DNA of 64,000 bases from an uncultured Spirochaetota bacterium (GCA_963768055.1 CAVYGN010000002.1:1472001-1536000); one strand, 5' to 3'; shown: positions 48,429 through 58,932, counted from the first letter of the stretch. Made by a program: numbers and translations. The notes: a model not told the origin generated them from the sequence alone.

Positions 48429-49145
48429 ATGATTGAAATGAATAATTTTTACAACATTGGGGCCCTTGAGTTATTAGAACAGATAAAGGATAATACTATT
48501 GACCTGGTTTTAACAGATCCGCCCTATATTATATCCAGAAACACGGGTTTTAATGCATGCGGCCCCAAAGGGATTGAACGCTTCAGGATCAGTATGGATT
48601 TCGGGCTCTGGGACAATCTTCCTATTATAAAACATGCAGAACTGATGAAAGCGGCTATAAAGGAATATTACAGAGTATTGAAGAAAAGCGGAACCTGTAT
48701 TATCTGGTACGATTTATTTAAAATAGGCTTTTTAAGGGACTCTCTGGAATCAGAGGGATTTAAGCAGGTTCGATTTATCGAATGGATAAAAACAAACCCC
48801 GTGCCTATTAACAGTAAAACAAATTATCTCACAAACAGCAGAGAAACCGCCTTATCCGCAGTTAAGAAAGGGAAACCTGTTTTCAATAGCGAATATGATA
48901 ACGGCGTTTATTCGGCTCCAATTCACAGGGACGGGGGGAAACGCCTTCATCCCACGCAAAAACCGCTTGGAATAACCAGAGACCTTATTCTAAAACATTC
49001 TCCGGAAGGCGGTATTGTCCTGGACACCTTCTGCGGAAGCGCAACAACGCTCGTAGCAGCTATCCAGACCGGAAGAAACTATATAGGCTGCGAAATAGAT
49101 GAAAATTACTTCAATTCGGGATTAAAACGAATACTCTCCCTTTGA
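48429..49145 (+). CDS. Orphan DNA methyltransferase, beta class (N6-A/N4-C)
   Basis: DLVLTDPPY (motif IV) precedes HPTQKP and LDTFCGSAT (motif I); GCEID. Confidence 0.9.
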   Translation: MIEMNNFYNIGALELLEQIKDNTIDLVLTDPPYIISRNTGFNACGPKGIERFRISMDFGLWDNLPIIKHAELMKAAIKEYYRVLKKSGTCIIWYDLFKIGFLRDSLESEGFKQVRFIEWIKTNPVPINSKTNYLTNSRETALSAVKKGKPVFNSEYDNGVYSAPIHRDGGKRLHPTQKPLGITRDLILKHSPEGGIVLDTFCGSATTLVAAIQTGRNYIGCEIDENYFNSGLKRILSL

Positions 49146-49215
49146 CCATTCTTTTAAAAATGCCGAATAGATGGTATAATATCAGGTATATGCGCTTATA
49201 AATAAGGGGATTGCC

Positions 49216-50220
49216 ATGAAGTTATCCAAGATAGCCGGGATTATAAAAGGTACCCTGAACGGGGGAGATATCGAGATTACAGGTGTTTCGGATCTTGAAT
49301 TTCAAATTCCGGGTACTATCGCTTTCGCAGCCGACAGAAAAAATTTTGAAAAACTCGAATCATCGGAAGCGTCCGCGCTTATCCTGCCGCCGGGCCTTTC
49401 CAGCTCAAAACCTTTCATTATTTCGAAAAACCCGAAAATAGCCTTTTCGAAAGTCCTGGAGTTATTCAATCCTTATAAACCATATAAAAGAGAGATTTAT
49501 CCCGAGGTTTATATTGAAAAGGGGGCGAGGATAGGTTTAAATGTTACTATATTGCCCTTTACAGCAGTTATGGATAACTCGTCAATCGGCGACAATACTG
49601 TTATATATTCCCAGGTTTTTATAGGAAAAAATGTCAGGATAGGAAAAAACTGCATCATCAAGGCTGGTGTGAAAATCGATGATGAAACAGTCATCGGCGA
49701 TAACGTTGTCGTCTACCACAATACGGTTATCGGGGGAGAAGGGTTCGGGTTTATACAGAAAGACGGTGAAAACATCAAGATGCCTCAGATCGGAAGAATT
49801 GTCATAGGAGACGACGTTGAGATCGGTGCAGGCGTGACCATAGACCGGGCCACGGTCAGCGAGACCGTGATCGGGAAAGGAGTTAAAATCGACAATCTTG
49901 TCCAGATCGCCCATAATGTAAAGATCGGCGAAGGGACTGTCATAGCGGCTCAGACGGGGATATCGGGGAGCAGTACCATCGGTTCTCATTGCGTCATTGC
50001 CGGCCAGGCAGGCATTGCCGACCATGCTGTTATCGGGGATAATGTGATTGTTTTAGCCCAGTCCGGTGTCTTACCGGGAAGGACCGAGTCGAACAGTGTT
50101 TTATTCGGTTCTCCGGCAAGGGACGCTATGGAAGAAAAGCGCATACATTTATCGCTTTCCAGGCTGCCGGAGCTGATCAAGACAATAAGATTAATAAAAA
50201 AGAAACTGCAGCTGAATTGA
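49216..50220 (+). CDS. lpxD: UDP-3-O-acylglucosamine N-acyltransferase
   Basis: Hexapeptide repeats, [36 protein letters not shown]. Confidence 0.95.
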   Translation: MKLSKIAGIIKGTLNGGDIEITGVSDLEFQIPGTIAFAADRKNFEKLESSEASALILPPGLSSSKPFIISKNPKIAFSKVLELFNPYKPYKREIYPEVYIEKGARIGLNVTILPFTAVMDNSSIGDNTVIYSQVFIGKNVRIGKNCIIKAGVKIDDETVIGDNVVVYHNTVIGGEGFGFIQKDGENIKMPQIGRIVIGDDVEIGAGVTIDRATVSETVIGKGVKIDNLVQIAHNVKIGEGTVIAAQTGISGSSTIGSHCVIAGQAGIADHAVIGDNVIVLAQSGVLPGRTESNSVLFGSPARDAMEEKRIHLSLSRLPELIKTIRLIKKKLQLN

Positions 50221-50275
50221 CGAAACAAAAAACTCCAATTGATATGCATATTTCCCAATATTATAAGGGGGTTGT

Positions 50276-51844
50276 ATGTGTAATATAATTTCCATGTCCA
50301 GGCTATTATTCCCTGTATTTCTTCTGGCAATGTTTTACTCCTGCGGGAAGGAAGCAAAAAACACCGAAACCGTAATGAATACTAATTTTATAGATGAAAA
50401 TACAAGTACCCAGACAAACAAAGTGGTATATATCCTGCCCCTGGAAAACAAGGCCAATTCAAAATTTTATCACAATACTGCGCTTATCCAGGAGATATTA
50501 TTCAACTCTTTTTATTCTTTTATTCCTTACCTCCCGAGGGTAGATGTACCTGAAAAATCCGTTCTTCTCGGATTAAAAGCGGGGGACGCTGCAACGGTTT
50601 CAAACGAATATAAACCGGATTATATAGTTTACGGAAGCTATATACTCAAGGGAAGTAAATCAAACCCAAATGCCATAATAAGCATTCAGGTTATGAGCAG
50701 GACATCGGGGGAGTCTTTTTCGAATACATACATCGCGCCAACGGACATCGATCTATTCGACTCCGTCGACAGGATTATCGGGGAAATCGGCAGTTTTATT
50801 ATAAAAGAAAAAGCTCTTGTCGCTCATATCAATTTTGGTGATTTTAAAACGGGCTCTTCCGAGTATGAATTGAGGATAAACAACCGCTTGGTAGCACGGA
50901 TAACAAACAACGATTTTAAACTCGGTCTTAACGTACTGGCCGGGAAAAAATATCATGTGGAACTGGAAAGGCTGCGGGATTATCTAAAACTGATTGATGA
51001 TGATGTGATTTTAACCCCGGGCGATAGCACGAATTATTCTTACGCCAGTTTCTATTACATTTCGCCTGACATCGGTACATTGAAGTATGTTCCCGCCGGG
51101 ACCTTTCAGCGTGATTACGGGGTTAGCAACAAAAGCATGGTATCAGACTTCCATATAGGCGAATACGATATCACACGGGCTCAATTTTCTAATGTGATGG
51201 GGTTTGATCCAAGTGATGAAGATTATTCTACAGGGACCAATGATCCGGTACAAATGGTCAACTGGTACATGGCCCTTTCATTCTGCAACAAGCTGAGTAT
51301 GTTGGAAGGCCTGACTCCTGTGTATTCCATCAGAGGCAGTACCGATCCTTCCAAATGGGGAGCATTTTCATTGAAGAATAATACTTATATTGCCGCGAAC
51401 CGGTCTGCTAACGGATATCGTCTGCCTACGGAAATGGAATGGATGTGGGCGGCCATGGGGGCCGATACAGCAAATCCGGGGCGGGTTAATTACACAGGCT
51501 ATCAAAAGGCTTTTACAGGCAGCACGGGGGCTAATAATATTGACGGCTATGCCTGGACTACAAACAATAGTGGAAATAAAACTCATCCTGTAGGCACTAA
51601 ATTGCCTAACGAACTCGGACTGTACGACATAAATGGAAACGTGTGGCAGTGGTGCTGGGACTGGTATGCGGATTATCCCGGGGGCGCGGTGACTGACTAT
51701 GCCGGTGCAGCTTCGGGCTATTACCGCGTATTGCGCGGCGGCAGTTGGTTCGAGAATGTGTCCTGCGCCGCGGTTGCCTATCGCTACAGTAACAGCCCGT
51801 ACCTCAGTAGCTACGATCTCGGGTTCCGTGTCGTACGCCCCTGA
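50276..51844 (+). CDS. Lipoprotein with C-terminal FGE-sulfatase (CLec-fold) domain; candidate DGR target
   Basis: Lipobox FYSC; PVQMVNWY, GYRLPTEMEW, HPVGTKLPNELGLYDINGNVWQWCWDWY, RVLRGGSW...LGFRVVRP. Confidence 0.88.
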   Translation: MCNIISMSRLLFPVFLLAMFYSCGKEAKNTETVMNTNFIDENTSTQTNKVVYILPLENKANSKFYHNTALIQEILFNSFYSFIPYLPRVDVPEKSVLLGLKAGDAATVSNEYKPDYIVYGSYILKGSKSNPNAIISIQVMSRTSGESFSNTYIAPTDIDLFDSVDRIIGEIGSFIIKEKALVAHINFGDFKTGSSEYELRINNRLVARITNNDFKLGLNVLAGKKYHVELERLRDYLKLIDDDVILTPGDSTNYSYASFYYISPDIGTLKYVPAGTFQRDYGVSNKSMVSDFHIGEYDITRAQFSNVMGFDPSDEDYSTGTNDPVQMVNWYMALSFCNKLSMLEGLTPVYSIRGSTDPSKWGAFSLKNNTYIAANRSANGYRLPTEMEWMWAAMGADTANPGRVNYTGYQKAFTGSTGANNIDGYAWTTNNSGNKTHPVGTKLPNELGLYDINGNVWQWCWDWYADYPGGAVTDYAGAASGYYRVLRGGSWFENVSCAAVAYRYSNSPYLSSYDLGFRVVRP

Positions 51845-52049
51845 GTTTATCTGCGGTTTCAGCTTCCGGCCATAAAGTTGTGTTTCTATCGCTTTTGCTT
51901 TATAATTGATCAACCTTATGACTTATCGGTTGTTTTTTTTAGCCATTCCCACAAGAATAGCAAACATCGCATTTATTGTAAAATTATTTTGTTTCAAGCT
52001 AAAATATCCTTTAATTCATGCTTAAAGCGTGAAAAACTATGGAGGTCAA

Positions 52050-52262
52050 ATGGGTTTTTATATAGAGATCGACGGCGAAATCTGCAAGGGCTGTTCAATC
52101 TGTATACCGGAGTGTCCGAAAAACGTCATAGGTATCGGAGATAATTTCAACGTAAAGGGATGGCGTTACGCCGTACCTTTTAAAAATGAGGATTGCATCG
52201 GCTGCAAAAAATGCGCGATAGTCTGCCCGGATGCGGCTATTAAAGTCTGGAAAGAGGATTAA
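52050..52262 (+). CDS. 2x[4Fe-4S] ferredoxin, oxidoreductase delta subunit
   Basis: CKGCSICIPECP, CIGCKKCAIVCPD; GGAGG RBS. Confidence 0.92.
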   Translation: MGFYIEIDGEICKGCSICIPECPKNVIGIGDNFNVKGWRYAVPFKNEDCIGCKKCAIVCPDAAIKVWKED

Positions 52263-52264
52263 AT

Positions 52265-53353
52265 ATGAAAAAAGGGGAAATATTGCTGATGAAAGGCAAC
52301 TGCGCGATGGCCGAGGGCGCCATTATCGCGGGATGCCGTTATTATTTCGGCTATCCGATAACACCGCAAAACGAAGTTCCGGAATATATGTCCGAAAGGA
52401 TGCCCCAGGTCGGAGGAGTTTTTATCCAGGCTGAAAGCGAGCTTGCCTCCATAAACATGGTGTTCGGGGCGGCAGCAGCCGGGGCCAGGGTAATGACGAG
52501 CACTTCTTCGCCGGGTTTCAGCCTCATGCAGGAGGGAATTTCCTACCTGGCCGGCGCCAGGCTGCCATGCGTCGCTGCGAATGTGCAGAGATGCGGCCCC
52601 GGGCTGGGCAACGTCTGGACCGGTCAATGCGATTACTTTCAGGCGGTTAAAGGCGGCGGAAACGGGGATTACCAAATAATCGTTCTTGCCCCCGCCTCAC
52701 CCCAGGAAATGATGGACCTGACCATTCTGGCCTTTGAGCTTTCCGACAAATACAGGGTTCCCGCGCTTATTTTAAGCGATGCGATTATAGGCCAGATGAT
52801 GGAAAAGGTCGTGATCAGGGAAAATGTTACAAAAATAAATGATAAACCATGGGCTTTGACCGGTGCGAAAAACAGGGCAAAGAACGTAATCCGCTCGTTA
52901 TACGGAAGCGAGGACGCAATAGAACAAAACAATATTACTTTGCAGGAAACCTATTCATTGATAAAGAAAAACGAGGTCCGTTTTGAAAGTTTCGACACCG
53001 ATGACGCCCAATTAACCGTTGTCGCCTACGGAACATCCGCCAGGATCGCAAGGAACGCTGTCCGCAGGCTCAGGGAGGAGGGCCGCAAGGTCGGGTTCTT
53101 CCGGCCGGTTACTCTATATCCCTTTCCTTATGGTGAAATAGAAAAAATGGCTTTAAAAGGAACGAAATATTTCCTGACTGTAGAAATGAGCGCCGGACAG
53201 ATGGTGGAGGACGTTTACCTTGCGGCTGGCAGTAAAGCGGAAACCTGCTTTTATGGAAGGACCGGGGGAAATATAGTGGAAGAGAACGAGATATGCGGCA
53301 GGGCCGTATCCCTTCTAAACGGTAAAGGGAGGGACTATATATGGCACATTTAA
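52265..53353 (+). CDS. 2-oxoacid:ferredoxin oxidoreductase alpha subunit (VorB-like)
   Basis: FGYPITPQ, QAESE, TSTSSPG.SLMQEG. Confidence 0.92.
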   Translation: MKKGEILLMKGNCAMAEGAIIAGCRYYFGYPITPQNEVPEYMSERMPQVGGVFIQAESELASINMVFGAAAAGARVMTSTSSPGFSLMQEGISYLAGARLPCVAANVQRCGPGLGNVWTGQCDYFQAVKGGGNGDYQIIVLAPASPQEMMDLTILAFELSDKYRVPALILSDAIIGQMMEKVVIRENVTKINDKPWALTGAKNRAKNVIRSLYGSEDAIEQNNITLQETYSLIKKNEVRFESFDTDDAQLTVVAYGTSARIARNAVRRLREEGRKVGFFRPVTLYPFPYGEIEKMALKGTKYFLTVEMSAGQMVEDVYLAAGSKAETCFYGRTGGNIVEENEICGRAVSLLNGKGRDYIWHI

Positions 53354-54096
53354 TTTACAATAAACCGTCAAGCATGACAGGAAAACCTATGCACTACTGC
53401 CCCGGATGCGGGCATGGCGTAGTTCACCGCCTGATCTGCGAGGTCATAGACGAACTTGGCGTAAGAGAGAGTACAATCGGCGTCGCCCCGGTCGGCTGCG
53501 CTGTTTTTGCTTATGATTACTGGGATTTCGATGTCAGCGAAGCGGCCCATGGAAGGGCTTCGTCGGTCGCGACGGCTATAAAAAGGGTTCACAATGACAA
53601 GCTCGTCATATGCTACCAGGGCGATGGAGACCTTGCCTCAATCGGCATGGCTGAAACCATACATACCGCGAACAGGGGCGAGAATATTACCGTGGTTTTT
53701 ATAAATAACGCGAATTACGGCATGACCGGCGGCCAGATGGCCCCTACCACTCTTATAGGGCAGAAGACCTCTACGACGCCTGCCGGAAGAAAGGCTTCGT
53801 CCGAAGGTTATCCCCTTAAAATGGCTGAAATGATATCGGCTTTGCCTTCAGTCGTTTATTCTGTGAGGACGACAGTCGCAGATTTCAAGGGGGTCGTTAT
53901 GACAAAAAATGCCATAAAAAAGGCTTTTAAACTTCAACTCGGCAGCGGCGGTTATTCTTTCATAGAGGTCCTTTCGAACTGTAATACAAACTGGAGAATG
54001 AGCCCTCTTGACGCCAATAAATGGATACTGGGCGAAATGGTCAAAACATTCCCCCTCGGGACATATAAGGATCTGCCGGAAGGAGAAAAATTATGA
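53341..54096 (+). CDS. 2-oxoacid:ferredoxin oxidoreductase beta (TPP-binding) subunit
   Basis: YCPGCGHG, AHGRA, YQGDGD, NNANYGMTGGQ. Confidence 0.93.
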   Translation: MAHLIYNKPSSMTGKPMHYCPGCGHGVVHRLICEVIDELGVRESTIGVAPVGCAVFAYDYWDFDVSEAAHGRASSVATAIKRVHNDKLVICYQGDGDLASIGMAETIHTANRGENITVVFINNANYGMTGGQMAPTTLIGQKTSTTPAGRKASSEGYPLKMAEMISALPSVVYSVRTTVADFKGVVMTKNAIKKAFKLQLGSGGYSFIEVLSNCNTNWRMSPLDANKWILGEMVKTFPLGTYKDLPEGEKL

Positions 54097-54629
54097 ATCT
54101 GGATATTATTCTTTCCGGGTTCGGAGGCCAGGGTGTCCTGTCGGCAGGGTTGATACTCTCGGAATCCGCTATCCTTGAAGGCCTTAATACGACATACTTT
54201 CCTTCTTACGGGGCTGAGATGAGGGGAGGAACGGCGAATTGCCATATAAGAATATCCGATAAAGAGATCGCGTCCCCAATAGTTTTAGCTCCCGATATAT
54301 TGATCGCCATGTCTATGCCGGCTCTGAACAAGTTTCTTCACAGGGTAAAAAAGGGAGGTAAGGTCCTCTTCAATTCCGATACAAAAGATGACGGCTTCGA
54401 TTCTGAACACAGATCCATCATAAAGGTTGGCTGCGAAAAGATAGCGGTGGAAAAGCTCGGTTCGGCTAAAACGGCCAATATGATAATGATCGGAGCTTTT
54501 ATAAAGATTTCATCAGCCCTTTCTCTCGATAATATCAGAAAAGCCATAGAGGGCAAGTTTGGTAAAAAGGGCGGGAAAATAGTTGAAATGAATTTTCAGG
54601 CACTCTCGATCGGCTATGACGCCGTTTGA
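54093..54629 (+). CDS. 2-oxoacid:ferredoxin oxidoreductase gamma subunit
   Basis: SGFGGQGV, PSYGAEMRGGTANC, ANMIMIGA. Confidence 0.93.
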   Translation: MNLDIILSGFGGQGVLSAGLILSESAILEGLNTTYFPSYGAEMRGGTANCHIRISDKEIASPIVLAPDILIAMSMPALNKFLHRVKKGGKVLFNSDTKDDGFDSEHRSIIKVGCEKIAVEKLGSAKTANMIMIGAFIKISSALSLDNIRKAIEGKFGKKGGKIVEMNFQALSIGYDAV

Positions 54630-54643
54630 CGGAGGAATAAGTC

Positions 54644-57157
54644 ATGAGTTTTAAACGCTTTTTACATGAAGCCAGGCTCAAGCTGCCTCTCACTTCAATG
54701 CAGAGAATATTCTTTTCATGCCTTATCGCTCTGGGAGCTGTGATAGGCATATTTATAGCGTATATAATAATCACCTTTTCCGAATTAAAAGATATAAAAC
54801 CTCTGGAAAATTACTCATCATACGATGTCCCTACCAAGGTCTATGATATCAACAATAAACTGATAACCGAATATTACAGGGAAAAGAGGGAACTTGTCTC
54901 CTTCAAGGCCCTGCCGGATTCCCTTATAAAAGCTATTATAGCCGCTGAAGATAATGATTTTTATAATCACCACGGCTTCAATCCGATGGCGTTCTTTCGT
55001 GCGATAATTGTGGATATAATAAAGGGGAAGCGGGCGCAGGGAGCCTCGACTATAACCCAGCAGCTTGCCAAAAACCTTTTTACCGGCGGAGAAAAAAGCT
55101 ATTTCAGAAAGATCATCGAGCTCTGGTACGCCTTTCAGATAGAAAAGAAATATTCAAAGGAAGAGATCCTGGAGTTATACTTCAACAAGGTTTACTTCGG
55201 GCATGGCTGTAACGGGGTCCAGGCCGCGTCTCATTATTTTTTCGACAAGGATGTCAAGGACCTGACAATAGGGGAGGCGAGCCTTTTAGCCGGGCTTGTC
55301 CAGTCGCCTGAATCGGATTCGCCTGTGCTCAACCCTTATAAGGCGCAGTCGAGACATAGGGAAGTTTTGAATTCGATGGTGAAGATGAACTTTTTAACGA
55401 AGGATGAAGCAGACGATATTTTCGATCAATTCTGGAACAACTATGCAACGATTATGAAGGTCAAAGCGATTAACGTGCAGAAAACTCAATCGAACCCGGC
55501 GCCCTTTTTTACCGAATTTATCCGCCAGATCCTTACTCAGAGATACGGCGAGGATAAACTTTATTCGGGGGGCCTCCAGATTTATACAACCCTTGATATC
55601 GATAAGCAGAACGTTGCGAACGATGAAATGGATAAACAGATCTCCAACGAACAGATCAATTACGACCATGATACCCGCTTAAATACCCAGCGTTTTAAAG
55701 AGAACTATCAGGACATTATCGACCTGGTAAGCCTTTATTTCGGTATAAACACGATAAAGGTCGGAAAGGGAAGGGTGAGGGAACATCTTGAGAATATGTA
55801 TAAAAATTACAACGATATGATCTACCTTTCATCATTTGTTTTAGGCCTCAACGGTTTGAACGATAAGATTAAAGGACAGTACCGCCTGCCTGCCCTTGTA
55901 CAGCAGAAACAGGACCAGGTGGAAGGTGCGATGATCTCGATAAACCCTAAAAACGGGTACATAGAGGCCCTTGTCGGAGGAAGCGAATTTAACTACGCAA
56001 ATCAGTACAACAGGGCAATGCTGGCCCAGAGACAGATGGGTTCGCTTTTTAAGGTCGTATATTACACGGATGCTATAGACAGGGGCATTATAACCCCTGC
56101 TTCGGTCTATATGGATATGCCAATGATTTACGATGATCCATCGGGAAAGCCCTACGAACCGAGGAATTATGAAGGTACTTTCAGGGGCAAGATAAGAGTC
56201 AGGGATGCGCTTCGTTATTCAGTCAATGTTGTAGCCGTCCAGATCTGGGACCATATGCTCAGGACCCTAGGTTATAACTCAATCATAGATAAGATGTCGC
56301 AATACTTCAGTATTCCTTCCGATGAATTAAGGAACAGGGTCAAACCTTCGCTTTCTTACGCTCTGGGCGTAGGAGCTTTTACCCCGTTTGAGGTCGCAAA
56401 ATTTTTCGCGTGCATAGCGAATGACGGGGTTGCCGTCAAACCTCTCGCTATATTGAAGGTGAAAGACAGGTTCGGAAGGGTAATTGACGATTTCGAGATG
56501 GAAAGGGACCTTGACAGGGACAGCAGGAAGCAGGTTATGAGCCCCGGAGCCGCCTTTATCATGCAGAGCATGCTCAACACCGTGCTTTATGAAGGTACAG
56601 GGTTTGAAGCGGTAAGCGAAACCGGATTTCCTACAATGGCCGCCGGCGGTAAAACAGGTACGGCGGAAAACTGGAAGGACGCCTGGTTCGCCGGCTTTAC
56701 AAAAGATCTGACAACAATAGTCTGGATGGGCTTCGATGATCCGAGAAAATCATTCGGTAAAGACAGAACGGCCGCCCTCGTTGCAGCGCCTGTCTGGATG
56801 AGATATATGAAACAGGTGCTTGAAAACGCACCTGATATTCCATTTCAGCAGCCGTCGGACGTTGTCGAATTACAGGTATGCGCAAATTCAGGCCTTCTCA
56901 CAACAACGTTTTGTCCGCGTGTAATTAACGAGTATTTCTTAAAGGATAACGCTCCGGTAAAGAAGTGTGATATTCATACTTCTGAAGCAACTTCAAGAGA
57001 AGACGAGGATAAAGAGATATACAAACTGACTAATTCGCTCAATCTTAAGGACATAGAAAACAGCGACGATGCCTCCAACACAAACTATAACGAACTCGAG
57101 GATATGAAACAGTCGATAAAGTCTGAAAAACTGAATATAAAATCGGGAATTGAATGA
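54644..57157 (+). CDS. Class A penicillin-binding protein (PBP1A family)
   Basis: TM anchor; GT51 motifs EDNDFYNHHG, GASTITQQLAKNL; transpeptidase S-L-F-K, SVN, KTGT. Confidence 0.92.
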   Translation: MSFKRFLHEARLKLPLTSMQRIFFSCLIALGAVIGIFIAYIIITFSELKDIKPLENYSSYDVPTKVYDINNKLITEYYREKRELVSFKALPDSLIKAIIAAEDNDFYNHHGFNPMAFFRAIIVDIIKGKRAQGASTITQQLAKNLFTGGEKSYFRKIIELWYAFQIEKKYSKEEILELYFNKVYFGHGCNGVQAASHYFFDKDVKDLTIGEASLLAGLVQSPESDSPVLNPYKAQSRHREVLNSMVKMNFLTKDEADDIFDQFWNNYATIMKVKAINVQKTQSNPAPFFTEFIRQILTQRYGEDKLYSGGLQIYTTLDIDKQNVANDEMDKQISNEQINYDHDTRLNTQRFKENYQDIIDLVSLYFGINTIKVGKGRVREHLENMYKNYNDMIYLSSFVLGLNGLNDKIKGQYRLPALVQQKQDQVEGAMISINPKNGYIEALVGGSEFNYANQYNRAMLAQRQMGSLFKVVYYTDAIDRGIITPASVYMDMPMIYDDPSGKPYEPRNYEGTFRGKIRVRDALRYSVNVVAVQIWDHMLRTLGYNSIIDKMSQYFSIPSDELRNRVKPSLSYALGVGAFTPFEVAKFFACIANDGVAVKPLAILKVKDRFGRVIDDFEMERDLDRDSRKQVMSPGAAFIMQSMLNTVLYEGTGFEAVSETGFPTMAAGGKTGTAENWKDAWFAGFTKDLTTIVWMGFDDPRKSFGKDRTAALVAAPVWMRYMKQVLENAPDIPFQQPSDVVELQVCANSGLLTTTFCPRVINEYFLKDNAPVKKCDIHTSEATSREDEDKEIYKLTNSLNLKDIENSDDASNTNYNELEDMKQSIKSEKLNIKSGIE

Positions 57158-58776
57158 AATTCATCGTCATTGATGGATTTGTCGACGAGCCTACCTGCCT
57201 TGGAGTTCCTCCTTATGTATCCACATATATCAGATATGCCGCCGGCGCCGCGAAGTCTGCAGGCGCTTCCTTCATCGGCTATAAAACTATCGACGATCTC
57301 AGGGAATCCGATTATCTCCTGAAAAGCGGAGAAGAGGGTTTCGATGCAGCAGCGATAATTACCGGCAACCCTGTCCCTGGGAAATACCTGGGAGGATTAC
57401 CGGTAAAGCAAAACGAAATAGGAAAGATTGTCGAAAGAAATAATAAAACAAGCTTTTTCATCGGCGGGCCGATAAGATTTTCCTCTTTTCTTCCGGAATA
57501 TCCGAATGCAGTTAATGTCAGGCTGGATATCGAGTCATATATTTATCAGTATATTAAGGGAAATAAACCTGCCGAAAGGTACAGAACTCCCGAAGAGCTC
57601 GAGCTATTTTCAATTAAAGGCGCTTTTATAATGCGTCACCACCCGCGGTATCCGGATATTATCGCCGAAATTGAAACTGGCAGAGGCTGCCCAAGAAAAA
57701 CACATTGTTCATTCTGTGTCGAGGGATCCTATAAAGTCGAATTCAGGGCCCCGGAAGGGGTGATACGGGAAATTACCGAACTCAGAAAAGAGGGAATCCT
57801 GCATTTCAGGCTGGGTAAACAGGCGGATCTTTATGCTTTCGGATCTGAATTAAATGAGTGGAAAAACGGCTTTCCTCGGCCTGACATCGACTCTATCTCC
57901 AGGCTTTACGAGGGCATCAGAAACTCGGTCCCCGACCTCAAAACTCTCCACCTCGACAATGTGAATCCCGGAACAATCGCGAATTACCCTGATGAATCAG
58001 CCAGGATAAGTGAAATTATATCTAAGTTTAACACGCCCGGCGATGTAGCGGCTCTTGGCATGGAAAGCGCCGACCCCTCTGTGATAAAAAGGAACTGCCT
58101 CAAGGCGAATCCCGGAGAAGTCATGAAGGCCGTCGAAATAATAAATGCCGCGGGCGGATGGAGGGAAAATATGCTTCCGAAGCTTCTGCCCGGCCTGAAT
58201 TTTATCAGGGGATTGCCAGGCGAAACTAAGGAGACTTTTAAAATGAATTACGAGTTTCTTTTAAGCGTCCTGGATTCGGGTCTTCTTCTTCGGAGGATCA
58301 ATATCCGGCAGTTGAAATTGCCGGCAGGAACCTTACTCCGCTCCTTTACAGGTAAAAATGAAAAGGTTCTGGATGCAGTTTTCAGGAATTATCGTGAAAA
58401 AATCAGAAGGGATGTAGATATTCCGATGATAAAAAAGGTTTTTCCGGCCGGCACTTTAATCCGGGACGCTATAGTAGAAACAGTCAGGGGTTCATGGAGC
58501 ATCGCGCGTCCGATCGGAACTTATCCCATAGCGGTTAATATTCCCAGACAGCTTGAAATTTTCAAAAAGATTTCGGTTTTAATCATCGGGTACCGTGAAA
58601 GGTCCCTTGTGGGGCTTCCCTGTCCTTTCGTCATTGAAAAAGCCACATTGCAAGAACTCCGGCAGATTCCGGGTTTTTCAAGGAAAGCGGGAGAGATAAT
58701 GGCGAAAAAAAAGATATTGAAAACCGACCTGGACTCTTCTCCGATCTATGAGAGTATAAAGGATTATATCTTATAA
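57154..58776 (+). CDS. Radical SAM protein with C-terminal helix-hairpin-helix (COG1031-like)
   Basis: IDGFVDEPTCLGVPPY, ETGRGCPRKTHCSFC, LHLDNVNP, RRINIRQ, ATLQELRQIPG. Confidence 0.82.
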   Translation: MKFIVIDGFVDEPTCLGVPPYVSTYIRYAAGAAKSAGASFIGYKTIDDLRESDYLLKSGEEGFDAAAIITGNPVPGKYLGGLPVKQNEIGKIVERNNKTSFFIGGPIRFSSFLPEYPNAVNVRLDIESYIYQYIKGNKPAERYRTPEELELFSIKGAFIMRHHPRYPDIIAEIETGRGCPRKTHCSFCVEGSYKVEFRAPEGVIREITELRKEGILHFRLGKQADLYAFGSELNEWKNGFPRPDIDSISRLYEGIRNSVPDLKTLHLDNVNPGTIANYPDESARISEIISKFNTPGDVAALGMESADPSVIKRNCLKANPGEVMKAVEIINAAGGWRENMLPKLLPGLNFIRGLPGETKETFKMNYEFLLSVLDSGLLLRRINIRQLKLPAGTLLRSFTGKNEKVLDAVFRNYREKIRRDVDIPMIKKVFPAGTLIRDAIVETVRGSWSIARPIGTYPIAVNIPRQLEIFKKISVLIIGYRERSLVGLPCPFVIEKATLQELRQIPGFSRKAGEIMAKKKILKTDLDSSPIYESIKDYIL

Positions 58777-58780
58777 TAAG

Positions 58781-58831
58781 GAAGATTTCTCGTCATACAG
58801 CCCCTTTAGGGGCTGTTATCCTCGAAATGAC
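58781..58831. repeat. REP-like half element with ACAGCCCC/GGGGCTGT hairpin
   Basis: Ends in CTCGAAATGAC like 28357-28430; may act as a terminator. Confidence 0.55.
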
Positions 58832-58932
58832 GGATGTTGGACATTTCGACCCGGAAACCAATCAATTTGTTTGTACATAATTATCAAACATGATTATAAT
58901 ATAGCTAATCAGGTTTAAGGGGACTTGGGGCG

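Noticed and set aside
46950..49145. Prophage or integrative island at tRNA-Leu
   Set aside because: No integrase, no duplicated tRNA 3' end and no phage structural genes were seen.
50220..52050. Complete DGR cassette
   Set aside because: No reverse transcriptase, Avd or AAC-rich template repeat was found in the window; only a candidate target gene is supported.
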